A DNA stretch of 41,425 nt, taken from Octopus bimaculoides (lineage: Eukaryota). A program made the translations under genes and the position numbers. A model generated the notes under the pieces. The model had not been told where the DNA came from. It was given only the letters and a program-made list of their open reading frames with translations, and made no database searches. Positions 11,393 to 24,221 of this stretch are shown here, piece after piece. How positions within the stretch are numbered: the first letter of the stretch is position 1; each line of letters begins with the position of its first letter. The stretch is from NCBI RefSeq assembly GCF_001194135.2, contig NC_068981.1, forward strand, positions 43,926,964 to 43,968,388. The letters are read 5' to 3'.

Positions 11393-12667
11393 CATATACC
11401 AACGGTGATTCCCCAGCATGACTACAGCTTTAGAGCTGAAACAATTTAAAGAATACATATTTATATATACACCCACACACACGCATATATTTATCTTTTA
11501 TCTTTTGTCTTAGTAATTAGACTGCAGCCATGCTGGGGCACTGCCTCTTTAAGAATATTTTAGTAAAGTGAATTGGTCCTAGTACTTATTTCTTTTATTG
11601 GGGTGTGTATATGTGTGTGTGTGTGTGTATGTGTGTAGAGCAATATTTTTGGGTCCACCTTTATCCCCACCCCACAATAAAGTGGTAATGTGATGTAGAG
11701 AAAAAGAAAGATGGATGACTCAAGATTGCCCATGAAGAAGTAACATGAAACCAACTTCACAGCTCAAAGATACCAATGGCATTGTTTTAGCAGTGGAAAG
11801 AGAAAAAGGGTGGGGAAACACATCTGTGGGCCAGAAGCTGGAGTGTATCTGTGAGATACTTTATGCCAAGTTATTGTAACAGATGATGAGGCATGGCCAT
11901 TGATGGAATTGTTGATGTGGATTAAGACATAATTTAGTGTTTTATACAATGTTGGTTTGTTTGCATTGAATGCAAACTGCTTGCTGCCTTTGTTTGGTTT
12001 CTCTTTCTTTTCTTTAGTTTAGTTGCTTGTGATGATTTTTGTTGTATTTGGTATTAGCATGTTTTAGCTGAGGTTGTCTCAAGAATTTATCATACAGTAT
12101 ATTTTAGTTGTGTATTTGGCATTTTTTTTTTATCATATTACTCTGTGATGTGTTTTCAAAATGTATGAATTTGTTGTAAAGTAATTCTAATGCAACAAGT
12201 TCCTTGTTAGGAGAACTTAACATTGTAGTACTTCATTCAAGAAGTAATAAATATACAAACTCTAAAATTAAAAAAAAAGTAATAGCTTAATCAACCGCTT
12301 AACACCTAAATTATCAATATGCAGGAAAAAAATATAATTGGCAAACATTAGCTAAAAGCATGACTGAAAAATTTGCAACAGCAAACAGATATTTTAATTG
12401 CTTGCATGTAATAATGTTGTTCAAATATGAAGAATCCTTAGAGCTTGTCCAAGTTTTAAATTTTGTTTTCTTCCCATTAGAGCATAGTATTTGAAGCATC
12501 AAGAATTATTAACAATAGGCATTATAAGGTTAAACATTTCAGAAAATTCATGGATCAGAGAGCCACTGTTTAATTCTATGTCTCTGGAATTGCTACACAG
12601 CACATGCCTTTCCTGCAGTCATTAGATTGCAACTGTTTAAGCGTAACATTAACAGCATCAATCTTAC

Positions 12668-12716
12668 CTGTCTCAGAAGGCCTGTGAAAGCAATGTTTAC
12701 TGCATCCTCTTCTAGG
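12668..12716 (-). CDS. Candidate host-gene exon (xLEEDAVNIAFTGLLRQ)
   Basis: Pyrimidine-rich acceptor ...ttcttcatttcgataag|, donor CAG|GTAAGA, open frame, phase 2 to 0. Confidence 0.5.
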
Positions 12717-12841
12717 CTTATCGAAATGAAGAATAACAACAAAAAAACAAAAAACAAAACGTAAGGAAACACTGTTGTGTTGTAGGTAAAAGAATGAGAT
12801 ATATGCATTTTGATATGTTTAAGTTGCCAGGCCTTAATAAT

Positions 12842-12975
12842 ATAGGCTTGAGAACTGGAGGTGCAAGAGGTGCAAACACACCTAAAATTTTTGGTGGGCA
12901 ATGAAAACACTCTGAACACCTTGGGTGGGTCCTGGGTTTGCACCCACTAATCAAATTTTGTTCCTGCACTTAGGC
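12842..12975. mobile_element. Possible decayed MITE
   Basis: Degenerate terminal inverted similarity taggcttgagaac...gttcctgcactta, with ggtgcaa/ttgcacc internal motifs. Confidence 0.3.
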
Positions 12976-13347
12976 TTAACAAGTGGCTACAGCAAAGATT
13001 CTGGTACCTATTTCCGACACAAAGGTGAAATTACAAGTCAATGGAGGAACATCTACATGGTCACTCAACCTCATAAAGATAGCAGACGAGTCTCACTCAA
13101 ATCATTCTCTATTGTCTTATAATAAAAAAAATACAACAATAGCAATGTAGTCATATGAATAGTGGCACAATGATCATAGCTGGATTATCTTTGGTAATAA
13201 GTGTGCTTCAGCAGGACTGACTTAGGGCTAAACAACAACAAAGGTAAACCAAATCCTTTAGAGTAAAGCAACCACATGTCCTACCCAGGGGTATGGAAAG
13301 ATATTTCCAATGGATTAGAACTAATAAACTATGATAAAGTAGTAACT

Positions 13348-13490
<143 letters not shown>

Positions 13491-16265
13491 GGTGCTGCAT
13501 AGTATGGCAGGTTGTGCTGTGTGATCAGTGCTTGGTGGCTTTCTGTTTCATTGTTGCAAAAATTACATCAGATTGTCTCTTATAAATTGAAAACATATTT
13601 GTGCTATATTTATTTTGAGTCATCTATGAATTGTAAAACCCTAATTAGTAGCTTATGCATAAATCCAGCAGATTAAATCATGAAATGACTTTTGTGTGTT
13701 CATAGTTTCTCCCAAACACACTACCAGTTGCTATTGTTGCTGTTAGTTGTTTAGTCTGAGATCAGGCTTGACCAAGCAGACTTGTGATCAAAGGCATTCA
13801 AGTCGTGTCCATCCTGTCTTTATTTTTTATGTCTTTATATACTGACCAATGAGTTCTTCCGCTTGTAAGATGACAAATTTCATAAAATAAATACCAGTTA
13901 CTATGCTTGATTGTTAAAAAGTCTATAAGTTTGATTGTCCATTGATAGGTACCTCTGGTCACAAGATCTAGAAATTGAGGAACATTTGTTGCTATTTCTA
14001 GTAGATTAAATAACTTCATAGAGACTGCTCATTGGTACAACTAGCTATGTTATATCTGTATCTCAGACTTATCTTGAACAAAGCAAAATAGAAGTGTGTT
14101 TAGTGAACAATGAATACTTCATAGAACTAGGGAATATAACATTGATCCAAATGAGTCCTTTACATAGAAAATCTTTTAAAAATATTATATAACAAGCTAA
14201 GCCAATGAGAGAGTCCTTATGGCAAGGATTCCTAAACTGGGGAGTTTACATACCCTTGGAGTGTAAGATGCATGTTTCAAGGTGTCAAACAAAGAAGGAA
14301 AGTACCTTTTTTTTTTATTAAAATTACTTTTATGAATAAAATTAACTAATTCTTAAAAATAACTTTATTCTGCGAAGTACACCAAGTGTGTTTTCATTCT
14401 ACATATATAGGTTTAACCCTTAAGAGATTTATATAACTTAAACAGTGTCCTCACTCTATTTGCAAACACATACCTTTATATATCTGGATTCGAATCTCTT
14501 TTACCAATCAATACAAAATCTAAAAGTCAGCTGAATTTATACGCAGGAAAATTCCATGTTTTAATAAAGTCATGAATGAGGAACAGTTACAAAGAATTCC
14601 ATGAATATTATGTTCTCAGTTATGATTTATTTCACTGTTTGCAGTTTTTTTTATAATTACTCAATTTATATTTGCATTTGCGTCGAAAGCTTACTTTTTA
14701 GAGTTTAATTTGTTTACTAATAGTACTGTGTGTAGTTCAAAAAAAAAAAAATTAGTTATTAGAAAACTGACTTTTTAATTTTCCAATGCGATACTGGGAA
14801 AATTAATTAAACATTTCCTAGAGATGCAAGAGCATAACATGGCTGGGAAACACAGCTCTATGAGTTTGCTTGACATGCTAAAAGCAGTAGCTAAATATTC
14901 CTTGAATACCATTGATTATACATTTACACAGCCAAAGTTGACCAGTGACTCAGCAATAACAATTATATAACTGTATGTTATATGTCTGCTACTGTATACT
15001 GACTAACAAAGAACTTGGTTACATTTCTATCAGGCAGAGAGTGATAAAATATAATATCCTAAATGGTTGGTATTGTTGTTTAGACCCAAGCCAGCTCTGA
15101 CTGAGCAAACCTAGGATCGAATACATTCCAACAGTGACCATCCCATTTTTTAAAATTTGTCCTTCCATTTTCTTTTAAAATGATAGAATGTAATTTGAAG
15201 ACAATTTAGTTGCTATTTCCAACTGTTTGACCAATGATATAGATGCTCTCTCTTTGACTCAGATAATATCGTATAATATCCCGTCTTTATCGAGGTGGAA
15301 ACTTCACATCTACTAGAACACATAATAAATCAATTTATCATATTTATTTCCAATGGAATATAGAAGCAGATGCCATTATTGAGTCATGGCTGCTGTTTGC
15401 TAAATAGCCAATGGCAGAACTATTGCATTGCTTCTAGAATTTCTGTTTGAAGCTAGAACAGATGTTGTCATCATTAATTCTAGTACATGGATCTCAGGCA
15501 CATTGTATAACTTTCCTAGCAGAACTACCAACACTTATCCAAACCAACAAGGAGGCATCTATATGGTTGCCAACTTTCTAGAAATAGCAGAACAATCTCT
15601 TGCAAATGATACCCATCTTTTATAAATAATATATTGCAGAATGTTGTCTTACAAATGATATAATCAGGAATGGAATATATCTTTAAAGAATGGATAGATC
15701 GAAAGCCATCCTTAGTTAGATAGCTACCTTGAAAGAAGGAATAGGAGACATGCATTGCCATTCTAATTTACGCAGACAGCATAGTAAGGTAGCCATTTGG
15801 CAGAGCTGTGAGAGTTGTAGATGTATCACTTTGTGGAAATTGTTCTGGTTCTGCATTCTGGTTCTGTGTATCTTCAACAAGTACTCCATTCAAAAATTTC
15901 TATGGCCTGTACACTATGACAGTGCATATGACACTCTTCTGAGACTGTTCTGTGCATGCTCATTTATACTAACTAGTATAGTTCCATTAGCCAAATACGG
16001 GGGCTACATACAAGACTTTTCTTAGTTTTTTTTTTTTTAAAGAAAGGTTAGCTTCTCCCTATGTCTCATGTAATGAATGAATGAAGTCCATCTCACACAG
16101 GACTGGTGTTTTTGTAAACACATATACACAACCCCCACCCACTCCACATACAGCAAAGTGGATTGGCATAATGTATACATTTAAATTTTGCTGAAATTGC
16201 TTTTACCATTCAAACTTCCACTATGATTAGTGCTATAATAATGCCACAAATTGAAGTCAATTTAC

Positions 16266-16359
16266 ACATATCTTAGCCAAAAATTATACTTAAGAACTTC
16301 ATCAGCAAAAATATGTGAATGGATTTCTTCAATGAAAAGCTCAACTTTATCGATGCAAC
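16266..16359 (-). CDS. Candidate host-gene exon (CIDKVELFIEEIHSHIFADEVL[KYNFWLRY]); alternative donor after 16290
   Basis: Acceptor ttttgaacag|G; donors GTATAA (after 16290) or GTAAAT (after 16266), both phase 2; phase 1 start fits the 16484-16543 exon across a 124-nt intron. Confidence 0.55.
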
Positions 16360-16483
16360 CTGTTCAAAACTCAAGATAGGTGAGGTAATCTCTTGCCTAA
16401 ACCATTAATTTTTATTCTTTATTCCATTCATTGCTGATCTTTTCTATAACAATAAACTTCAATAAAATAAATAGATATCTTAC

Positions 16484-16543
16484 AAGTTTCATAAGTTGAT
16501 AAATAATGTTTTGCTTCCTGGCTGTAATTCTTGTGTTTATTCT
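16484..16543 (-). CDS. Candidate host-gene exon (xNKHKNYSQEAKHYLSTYET)
   Basis: Acceptor ...tattgtcttcaag|, donor GTAAGA, open frame ending in phase 1. Confidence 0.5.
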
Positions 16544-16816
16544 CTTGAAGACAATATAGGCAAAGATAAAAAGAATTTATTTCTAATCATGTCAAATTTC
16601 TATGTAAACTTTAAATCCAACAAAGATACACTGATGAGTAATAGAGATTCTTTAAATCAATTGACAAGTTACAGTGATGCTAGAAAAAATAGAAAACAAA
16701 AATATTCATTAAGAAGAACTCTTGGAGGGTGAGAAAGAAAAGGAGAGATACATACATACATACATACATACATACATGCATACATACATACATATATACA
16801 TACATATACATGCACA

Positions 16817-18345
16817 CAGTGTTCATTAAAAAATGTAGTCACACAAGTAACTGATAACTCAATTTTATTTGTTTTAGATTTAACCCATTAGAAATAAAGA
16901 AGCAAGCCAGACTAAGCTTGAAACAAAGGAAACTTTTCCTGAAGAGCTATTGGAAGTTTGAAAATGGAGTCAAACTGTAACGACAGATTAGGAAGGAATT
17001 TCAAAAAGCACCAGTGAAGTGAATTACCATCACTCAAATTACAGAAAAATTTGAAGGAGATGAAACTGTTTATCATCATCATCATCATCATCTTTTAACG
17101 TCCGCTTTCCATGCTAGCATAGGTTGGATGATTTGACTGAGGACTGGCCAACCGGATGGCTGCACCAGGCTCCAATCTGATCTGGCAGAGTTTCTACAGT
17201 TGGATGCCCTTCCTAACACCAACCACTCTGAGAGTGTAGTGGGTGCTTTTACATGCCCCCGGCACAAGGGCCAGTCAGGCGGTGCGGTACTGGCAACAGC
17301 CACACTCAAAATGGTGTTTTTTACGTGTGACCTGTACAAGTGCCAGCAAGGTGACGCTGGTAATGATCACACTCAAATGGTGCTATTTACATGCCACTGG
17401 CATGGAAGCCAGACAGCTGCTCTGGCAATGATCACACTCAGATGGTGCTGTTAGCGCTCCACTGGCACCTGTGCCAGTCATCGAATTTGGTTCCATTACG
17501 ATTTCGATTTCGATTTCGATTTCGCAGAATCAAACATGGATTGAATTTTGAAGCACTGTCATTAGGAAAGATACATCCCAAGAATAGTCTATGCTATCAA
17601 TTAAGATGATCTGGAGTGAAGAGTGGAATTTTAGAAGTAGTACTTTGTAAGTTGCATAGAAGATACACACTTTCTAACAAAGATTGTTTGGAGTGATGAG
17701 GCTATGTTTAAATTAAGTATCTCAATTAATCACTTCAGTTGCACCTATTAGGGACATGAGAATCTGTATATTATAGAGAAGTGTCATGTTAATTTACCAG
17801 GAATTATAATATGGTGCAGCTTATCATCAAAAAAATTAGTCGGACCATTCTCTTTTTTGGAGCTGTACTATGACTGGTCACATTAGTAATCTGTCATATC
17901 AAACATTCAAAAGGACCTGGGAGATGTGGAGTTTATTTCTAGTAAGACGAGATATTACCATAATAATGTAAGGGTCTACCTTGATGAAATTTTGCCAATG
18001 GAATGAATAAAGTAGTTCAGTAGAATATCCTCTGTGTTCCACAAACTTCAAATTATGTGACACTTATTATGGAGGAAACTTAAAAGATAATGCTTACAGT
18101 TCAAAAATGGCAACAGTCAATTGGGGGTAACCATTTGATAGAATATTTAGCAAAATGTTTCTTGATGTCAGGAATTCCATTGCTTCATATTATCTGTAGT
18201 TCCTAAACCAGAATGATCATCAGTTTGAAAACAGGCAGACATAAAAAAAAAAATGGAATTCTGTCCGTATATTCTAAAATATCTTTTATAGTGAAACTGA
18301 TTTATGAGTATTCAAATTGTGTATGCATGTTTTGGGCTGCCTCTC
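16817..18345 (+). mobile_element. Decayed Tc1/mariner DD37D/maT-like transposon, interrupted by an RTE-type insertion
   Basis: RLSLKQRKLFLKSYWKFEN (HTH region), [34 protein letters not shown], and a decayed PPRSPDL-like region. 5' TIR-like cagtgttcattaaaa; the 3' boundary is approximate. Confidence 0.75.
17073..17524 (-). mobile_element. RTE-type (GAT)n-tailed repeat nested in the DD37D-like transposon
   Basis: Same 3' end as 7191-7937. Confidence 0.85.
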
Positions 18346-18348
18346 TCC

Positions 18349-18383
<35 letters not shown>

Positions 18384-18510
18384 ATACACACACACACACA
18401 CACATGGATATACATATACATACATACATATATTCATGCATGCATATATATATATATGTACTTGGAAATAAATGTATCATGTTGAATTGAATAATAAATA
18501 ATAAATAATA

Positions 18511-18544
<34 letters not shown>

Positions 18545-18590
18545 TATATACTTGGAAATAGATGCATCACTTTGAATTGAATAAATAATA

Positions 18591-18595
<5 letters not shown>

Positions 18596-18680
<85 letters not shown>
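18596..18680. repeat. (TA)n microsatellite
   Basis: Seen directly. Confidence 0.95.
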
Positions 18681-18689
<9 letters not shown>

Positions 18690-18714
18690 TATATGTATAT
18701 GTACATGCATATAT

Positions 18715-19119
18715 GGGTCCAGGACGTCACCAACAGTGCAAATAACCGGAAAAACATAAACAAATGCGGGGAAAATGAATGAAATGCATAAACAATGAGA
18801 AAAAATGGAAAACAAGACAAGTTAATACTGAGAAAGGACCTTTCATGAGTTGTTGGCTGTCTCTCTACTACTCATTTTGAGCATTCAACAACAATATGAG
18901 TCTACAAAGACAGTTTCTCCCATAAATTCTAAAATAAATTCTTATTGTTCACTGCTTAAATTGAGGAGTAGATAGACAGCTGACAACTGATGAAGGGTCC
19001 TTTCTCTGTTAACTTTTTCTGTTTTCAAGTTTTTCCTCATTGATTACGTATTTCACTTATTTTCCCATCGCTTGTTTATGTATTTCTTGTTATTTGCACT
19101 GTTGGTGACGTCCTGTACC
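18715..19119. mobile_element. Foldback/MITE-like element with ~155-bp inverted arms
   Basis: caggacgtcaccaacagtgcaaataac (18720-18746) is the perfect reverse complement of 19089-19115; the arms continue degenerately inward to ~18876/18963. Confidence 0.8.
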
Positions 19120-19536
19120 TATATATACATGTACATATATATATCACATATTATTTATTATTTGTTATATAATTGAATGTGACACATCCATTTCCAAGTA
19201 AATTTATCCTCACCTTTTTGATGCCACTCTCTACTCTATACTGTTTTCTTTCTGTATCCCTAATTCCTCCATCTCTAAATTTCTTTTTCTCCCCCTCCCT
19301 CCTTCACCATTTACTATCTGTGTGTCTCTCTCTCCCCCTTTCTCTTTCTTTCTCTCTCTCATTGCTCACACATGGCTACCGTCCATCTTTCTTTTCCCCA
19401 TGTGACCGTCTTTCATTTCCTGCACAGATGTTTAAATGAATAGACGTGTTTCTCTCTCTCTCTTCTATATGTCCTATTTTCAAAAGAAATGTGTCACTCA
19501 GCATTCACTATTTTCCTCTCATTCTGGTCTAACAGG

Positions 19537-20014
19537 GATGTCCCAATGCAAATACTTCACGGGGCAAATATACTTCAGGTGGCAAATATACTTTACGTGG
19601 CAAATATACTTCACGTTGTCGTGCAGTTACTGTTTATACCTCATTCAGAGATTTAACATTGCTTGTTTTCACTTTTTCGAGATCAGTGAATATTCTCACT
19701 GGAAAAAGTATATACGTATTTGCATTGGGATATCATTCGCATCGAAGATCGGTGATTGTCGTACACTGATGAAGGGTAAATACCCAGAAACTTGAGTCCG
19801 TGAGTATCACGTGATCAAGATGGGAGGGATGACTTCCCTTTGCAAATACAGACAGGACACAGATGCGTGTCAATAGCCAGCTGGAGGAGATGTTCTACTG
19901 GGGCTAAAAGCAACAGTAACATTTACCCTTAGGGTTTAGCCGCATTTAAGTGGCAAATATACTTCATGTTGTCATGCAGTTACTGTTTATACCACGTTCA
20001 GAGATTTAACATTG

Positions 20015-20015
<1 letters not shown>
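19537..20015 (+). mobile_element. Non-coding Penelope-like/retrozyme-like element: 353-bp-period unit with ~64-bp terminal direct repeat
   Basis: Direct repeat starting at 19599 and 19952; 19-bp unit repeated at the 5' end; inverted 19-mer at 19537-19555 versus 19716-19734; hammerhead core inside. Confidence 0.7.
19761..19803 (+). ncRNA. Minimal type I hammerhead ribozyme motif
   Basis: CTGATGA(19766-72) A GGGT-AAAT-ACCC A GAAAC TTGA GTC: stem II, self-complementary stem III (ACTTGAGT), GUC cleavage triplet; stem I is weak. Confidence 0.6.
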
Positions 20016-20050
<35 letters not shown>

Positions 20051-20054
20051 TCAT

Positions 20055-20590
20055 CCCCTTATTATTATATCATTTTACTAACTGCATCTTTGTACATAAC
20101 TTGTACAGCCTTCATCTATACATAGTTTTCTCAGTGACCAACAAATTACTGGACTCGGTACCCTGTCAAATAACTTCTCCATGTTAATGAAATCCAGGAA
20201 GAGTAATTTATTTTTAACCAAGTATTTCTCCTGCAGTTGTCTCTCTAGGATCATTGCATCTGTTGTGTCATTTCTGTGCATGAAGCCAAACTGCATCTCA
20301 TACAGGTCTACACTGTCATGGATCAATTGTGCTGTGACTTACCCCATAACATCCTTAACATGATCCAGTTATTTAGTTCCCCTATAGTTGCCTCTCTCTC
20401 GGGCATCTCTTTTGCCTTTGTTGTACTTTATGATGATACTGCTAAACCTGTCATTGTGTATGACTCTTTTCTAAATAACTTGATGAACTATTCAGATGGT
20501 GATTTTGCATCATACCTCACCAGTTATTTTGAACATCTCTGCAACTATCCCTGATGGGCTTGTAGCTTTCCTTCTTTTCTTGTCCTAAAT
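20055..20590 (-). mobile_element. RTE-clade LINE reverse transcriptase fragment (decayed)
   Basis: EMQFGFMHRNDTTDAMILERQLQEKYL...FINMEKLFDRVPSPVICWSLRKL, with upstream KGKRDA..RGNYRG-like motifs. Confidence 0.85.
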
Positions 20591-20894
20591 TGTTTCTTCT
20601 ACCAGAATCCAGAAGCAAAGAAATATGTAAACAAATGTAGTTGTTTGGCCTATAGTCAACCTGGCTTAAAGGCAGTCAATCAATTGTAATTCAGTATTTT
20701 TTTCTTTTTTATATTTCTGGCATAGTATATCTAGAATTAAATATTCAAGTGTATATGACTCTTTAAGATTCAAGGGTGTTATATGAAGGAGATTTAATTT
20801 CTATGTTTAGCAGTTTGTGTGATTGCATAAAGGGTTCCTTACTGGTTCAACAAATATTGTCCCAGAGTAGCATATTAAACAGACTAAAACTTAC

Positions 20895-20928
20895 AAAATA
20901 ATTGAGAAAATATCTACAAATATATAAA
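20895..20928 (-). CDS. Candidate host-gene exon (xLYICRYFLNYF)
   Basis: Acceptor ttttcctccag|, donor GTAAGT; phase 2 start matches the 21095-21126 exon across a 166-nt intron. Confidence 0.5.
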
Positions 20929-21094
20929 CTGGAGGAAAACTGTATGCAAAAAATATCCAAAGAAAAAGTGAATCAAACCAAAATTGATATAACCCTTTTT
21001 ATGGCACAAATATATTATTGAATACAATTAAACACTGAATGAAACAATTTCAAAATCCTTCTTTCTTAAAATGGCAACTGTATGGCACTCTCAC

Positions 21095-21126
21095 CTGCCT
21101 AGATTAGTTTTCAGTAGATGCAACAG
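21095..21126 (-). CDS. Candidate host-gene exon (LLHLLKTNLGx)
   Basis: Acceptor ctgttttccag|, donor CAG|GTGAGA; only one of the three frames is open. Confidence 0.5.
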
Positions 21127-22135
21127 CTGGAAAACAGTTCTGTTTTAGATTGTCAATTCAAGTTACTGTCAACATAAATATTCCTTTGGGGCCATATAAC
21201 TTGGAATGATAATCTCTTAGTCATCCTTTTCATAATTGACTTTATATATTATTTATCGATTATTATTTTTTTGATTTATTTTGAAAAATATAGGTGCCCA
21301 TGAAGACATAGTGCCAAAATACTGATTGAGGTGTCATTAGTTCATATCCCATCAGTGACACTGACTTCTGTTTACTGTCAAGATAGATAATTCTCAAATC
21401 AGTCCAGTAAGCCATAGAGAGAGACCAAACATAGGCATAATTTAACCATACACAGAAAATAATATTTTATTAATGTATGTACTTCAAACAGCTTTAGATT
21501 GAAATACTGGTGTACAACATATATACAAATGTGTACACAATGGTGGGATGATACTGTCTGTAACATTTAGCCTTAGAGAAATATCTTGCATATAAAAATC
21601 ACTGGGCCTTACTCAGAATGCTGGTGGATCACCAGACATGATGTTTCAACTGTATTAGGTTTCCTCAGAGATGAATGCCTGGTCATTCTGAGCTAAACCT
21701 ACAAATGCTTAATGTGATAGAGAAATTGGTAAACATTTGCATACACATTATATGTGTTAAACATACCAATATTTTAATTGAAAGCTGTTTTGAATGCATG
21801 TATTAATTTAATTCAGTGAATGTTTTGTTTATCGATTTCTATATTAGAACAAGCATTTGTTTGCTTAGTTCAGTAGTCCAGGATATTAATCATAAAAAAA
21901 CATTTCTCTGAGACAAACTATTACAGCTAGTGCCATTCCACATTTGTATATTCATTATAAATATGTTATTAGTTGGTAGTACTGAGTTCAATAAACTCTT
22001 TCAACGTCTGTTGTGGATGGGAAAGCTCTGATAGGTTTGACTTTCTTTATTTAGTTCAAGAAGCAGAGTTAAGTTCACATGCTTTGTAGAGCTTTACAGA
22101 CAGCTTAGGGTGCTACTGTTAATGTTTGCTATTAA

Positions 22136-22545
22136 TTTCTGGCTCCCGTTCTGACTGGCTCCCATGCTGGTGGCATGTAAAAAACACCATCTGAATGTGG
22201 TTGATGCCAGGTCCGCCTGACTGGCTCCCATGCCAAGGGCATGTAAAAAGCACCATCTGAACAGTACCTACTGACGGGCTCTCATGCTGGTGGCACCTAA
22301 AAAGCACTATTGAAACATGATTGATGCCAGGCCTGGCTAACTGGCTCCTGTGCCGGCAGCATGTAAAAAAGTACCCACTGCACTCTTGGAGTGGTTGGCG
22401 TTAGGAAGGGCATCCAGCTGTAGAAACATTGCCTGATTAGATTGGAGCCTGGTGTAGCCACTGGCTTGCCAGACATCAGTCAAAATGTCCAATCCATGCC
22501 AGCATGGAAAATGGACGTTAAACGATGATGATGATGATGATGATG
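22136..22545 (+). mobile_element. RTE-type (GAT)n-tailed repeat
   Basis: gagtggttggcgttaggaagggcatccagctgtagaaa...ggacgttaaacgatgatgatg, with upstream ~60-bp modules. Confidence 0.85.
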
Positions 22546-22914
22546 GGTCTGTTGGGAAAAAACTTTATCAGGGAAGGTGGCTTAGATTTTCTAAAAATGT
22601 TGCAATTCTAAGGACAGATGATTGGGATATTTAGTTTTATAATTAATTAAACTAAATAAATTTGTAAAAGTATCTCACTATTAAAATTATTCTATCAAAC
22701 AGGGTTTTATGGGAGAACCCTCTAAAAGAATGGGGAACGGGTCTGATTACTGGCTATACATAGCGTACTAATTAGTAGGAGCAGTATTTATTGTCACGTC
22801 ATTGGAATGGGAGGAGGAAGATTAAAATTCACCAGCAGGATAGTGGTTGTTAGTGTGTAGGCTTGTGAAGACTTGCTAAGCAGTCAGATATATCACATTC
22901 TTTAAGATTTGTTT

Positions 22915-23278
22915 TGTTCTTTTACTTGTTTCAGTTATAGGGCTGTGGACATACTTGGGCATCACCTTCAAAAGTTTTAAATAATGATAATAACTTCAGT
23001 AATTCTATCAGAATGGCATGTATTGTACAACACTTGAATTGTTGAGTTATGCCTTGACATAAATGAACATTTGACTCATCTTATATGGGTAAACATAAAC
23101 CCACAGGTCATACTGACATACGCACAAGCACATATGCATGCATACACAATGGGTTTCCACACAACTGTAGCCTCACTCAGAAAGCATTGATCAACTCAGG
23201 GAGCTTTGCAGTGAACTCAAATTTACATCTGGAAACCTTTGGTTATGAAGCAAACTTCTTAACTATGTAGCTATGCCA
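22915..23278 (-). mobile_element. Diverged tRNA-derived SINE
   Basis: Decayed match to 10525-10953 (tttacttgtttcagt... to ...cttcttaactatgtagctatgcc). Confidence 0.55.
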
Positions 23279-23561
23279 CACTCACTCACATTTACCATTT
23301 AAAATATTGCATTAAAGAAGAGAATAAGTGCACCTTAGTTAGAATGCAATATACAAGATGAGGATAGTTAGTGTAGAAGTTTAAAACATAATTACAAGTA
23401 TGCTAAAGGTTGAAATTTATTTTCTCAGTATTAATCACATTGTGTATTTCCATGTAATTCTTGCTGTTTAAGCCAAGATCAACAGTGTTTTATCAGGCCG
23501 ATGATCAAATGCATTGTAGCCATGAATATCTCATATTTTTTCATTCAGATATATATTTAAG

Positions 23562-23733
23562 ATAACATAGAAGTCATCCACTGCACTCTCAGAGTGATTG
23601 GCATTAAGAAGGGCATCCAGCTGTAGAAACCAAGCCAAACTGGACTGGAACTTGTTACAAGTCTCTGACTTACCAGTGCAAGCCAAGCCATCTAACTCAT
23701 GCCAGCATGGAAAGCAGATACTAAATGATGATG
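23562..23733 (+). mobile_element. Short RTE-type (GAT)n-tailed insertion with an 11-bp TSD
   Basis: ATATATTTAAG at 23551-23561 and 23734-23744 flanks the element. Confidence 0.85.
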
Positions 23734-24221
23734 ATATATTTAAGGCTGTATTATCCAATATATCTTTACCTTTTTAGGACAATAAAATGTTATGGCTGTT
23801 ATTTCTAGCAGGTTGCATAATTACAAAGCATCTCTGTTGCTGGTCTAGACATTGTGAAAATTGGTTGAACTTGCAATTTAATATTGATGAGTTTGGTTCA
23901 GTTTTAATTTTATGGTTTAATTACTCTAATTAGTGAATTAGCTGAAGAGCAAAGTTTTAGCCATTAGAGGAAACAACACTAAATTTGTATCTACATTTTG
24001 TACAGAAGCATCATCTTCTAGAGCAAACAAAGAAACATACAGCATTTTGTTTAATTGATGAAAACATAAAAAAGTTAGTTGTTCTTGAAATATCCATTAT
24101 CCCTCTCGAACATTTCATCTGCCTATAGTTTCACAATGCCAGTCCTAACACAGTGGATAGTAATTTCCAGACTATTCACTATGGCTTCATATTTATCATG
24201 TGGCATCTGGTTTCAGAATTA

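Noticed and set aside
14472-14530. Strong minus donor AAAG|GTATGT
   Set aside because: All three frames from the nearby acceptors contain stops.
19540-19620. Short ~19-bp direct repeats as a CRISPR-like array
   Set aside because: The units abut with no unique spacers and the context is eukaryotic; they are better explained as slippage at an element end.
21612-21697. Segment with strong minus-strand splice signals, a 9-bp IR, and C/D-box-like motifs
   Set aside because: All frames from the best acceptor have stops. The C box is imperfect (ATGATGT), there is no terminal stem, and I recognise no rRNA complement.
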